Both the position numbers and the translations under genes were made by a program. A stretch of 63,597 nt of DNA, filler included, from Octopus bimaculoides (taxonomy: Eukaryota): the NCBI RefSeq assembly GCF_001194135.2. It is 6 parts of 5 records of this genome, joined end to end, with 100 filler letters (N's around TTAATTAATTAA, not from the genome) between each part and the next. Parts side by side here need not be neighbours in the genome. Positions count along the whole stretch, not along the records: positions 62,507 to 63,597 come from NC_068986.1; 5 more parts are not named here. The stretch is one strand, 5' to 3'. This document shows positions 63,361-63,597 of the stretch, piece by piece (position 1 is the stretch's first letter; every line of letters starts with the position of its first letter). Under the pieces are notes generated by a model. It was not told where the DNA came from, made no database searches, and saw nothing but the letters and a program-made list of their open reading frames with translations.

Positions 63361-63538
63361 GTTCTATATTTAAGAGATGAGAATTATGTATATTATGTAC
63401 ATTATTTACATTCGACGAATATTTGTCCTCCTCTTGTTTGTTGTTAACACAACATTTCGGCTGATATACCCTCCAGCCTTCTTCAGGTGTCTGGGAGAAA
63501 TTTTTAACCTGGTTTCTCATTCCTAAGGTATTTCCAGA

Positions 63539-63597
<59 letters not shown>
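63361..63597 (-). mobile_element. Family D SINE (hammerhead-bearing) body plus (AAT)n; head beyond window end
   Basis: Reverse complement matches 8245-8433 (CCTTAGGAATGAGAA.CCAGGTT..AATAATGTACATAATT..CATCTCTTAAATA.AGAAC). Confidence 0.85.
63446..63491 (-). ncRNA. Minimal type I hammerhead ribozyme motif
   Basis: GACAC-CUGAAGA-A-GGCUGG(AGGGUAUA)UCAGCC-GAAA-U-GUU-GUGUU. Stem I is GACAC/GUGUU, stem II is 6 bp, and the loopless stem III implies a dimeric fold. Confidence 0.7.

Overview
AT-rich, gap-ridden eukaryotic scaffold, most likely from an octopus or other coleoid cephalopod. This is inferred from the repeat landscape: dense microsatellites, three or four tRNA-derived SINE families, RTE/CR1/R4-like LINE relics, Penelope-like relics and four Tc1/mariner lineages. 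Nearly all ORFs in the supplied track are artefacts of N-gaps and microsatellites. The only convincing host-gene sequence is a tandem pair of intronless, 5'-gapped paralogous ORFs (15026-16138 intact; 18755-19902 frameshifted). They encode a CARD-like death fold followed by what looks by eye like a catalytically dead caspase-type fold. The two copies are about 99% identical over a 305-bp 5' tract, then abruptly highly divergent. The second highlight is a TSD-flanked ~270-bp mobile element made of a tRNA-Arg-like head, (AAT)n and a minimal type I hammerhead ribozyme (8160-8433, plus a better-preserved copy at 63361-63597). It is a candidate Penelope-mobilised ribozyme SINE. A further hammerhead with a long stem-II insert lies downstream of a Penelope GIY-YIG relic (54284-54408). 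TTAATTAATTAA linkers inside 100-bp N blocks mark scaffold joins. All protein and RNA assignments are by-eye motif recognition and need HMM, structure or covariance confirmation.
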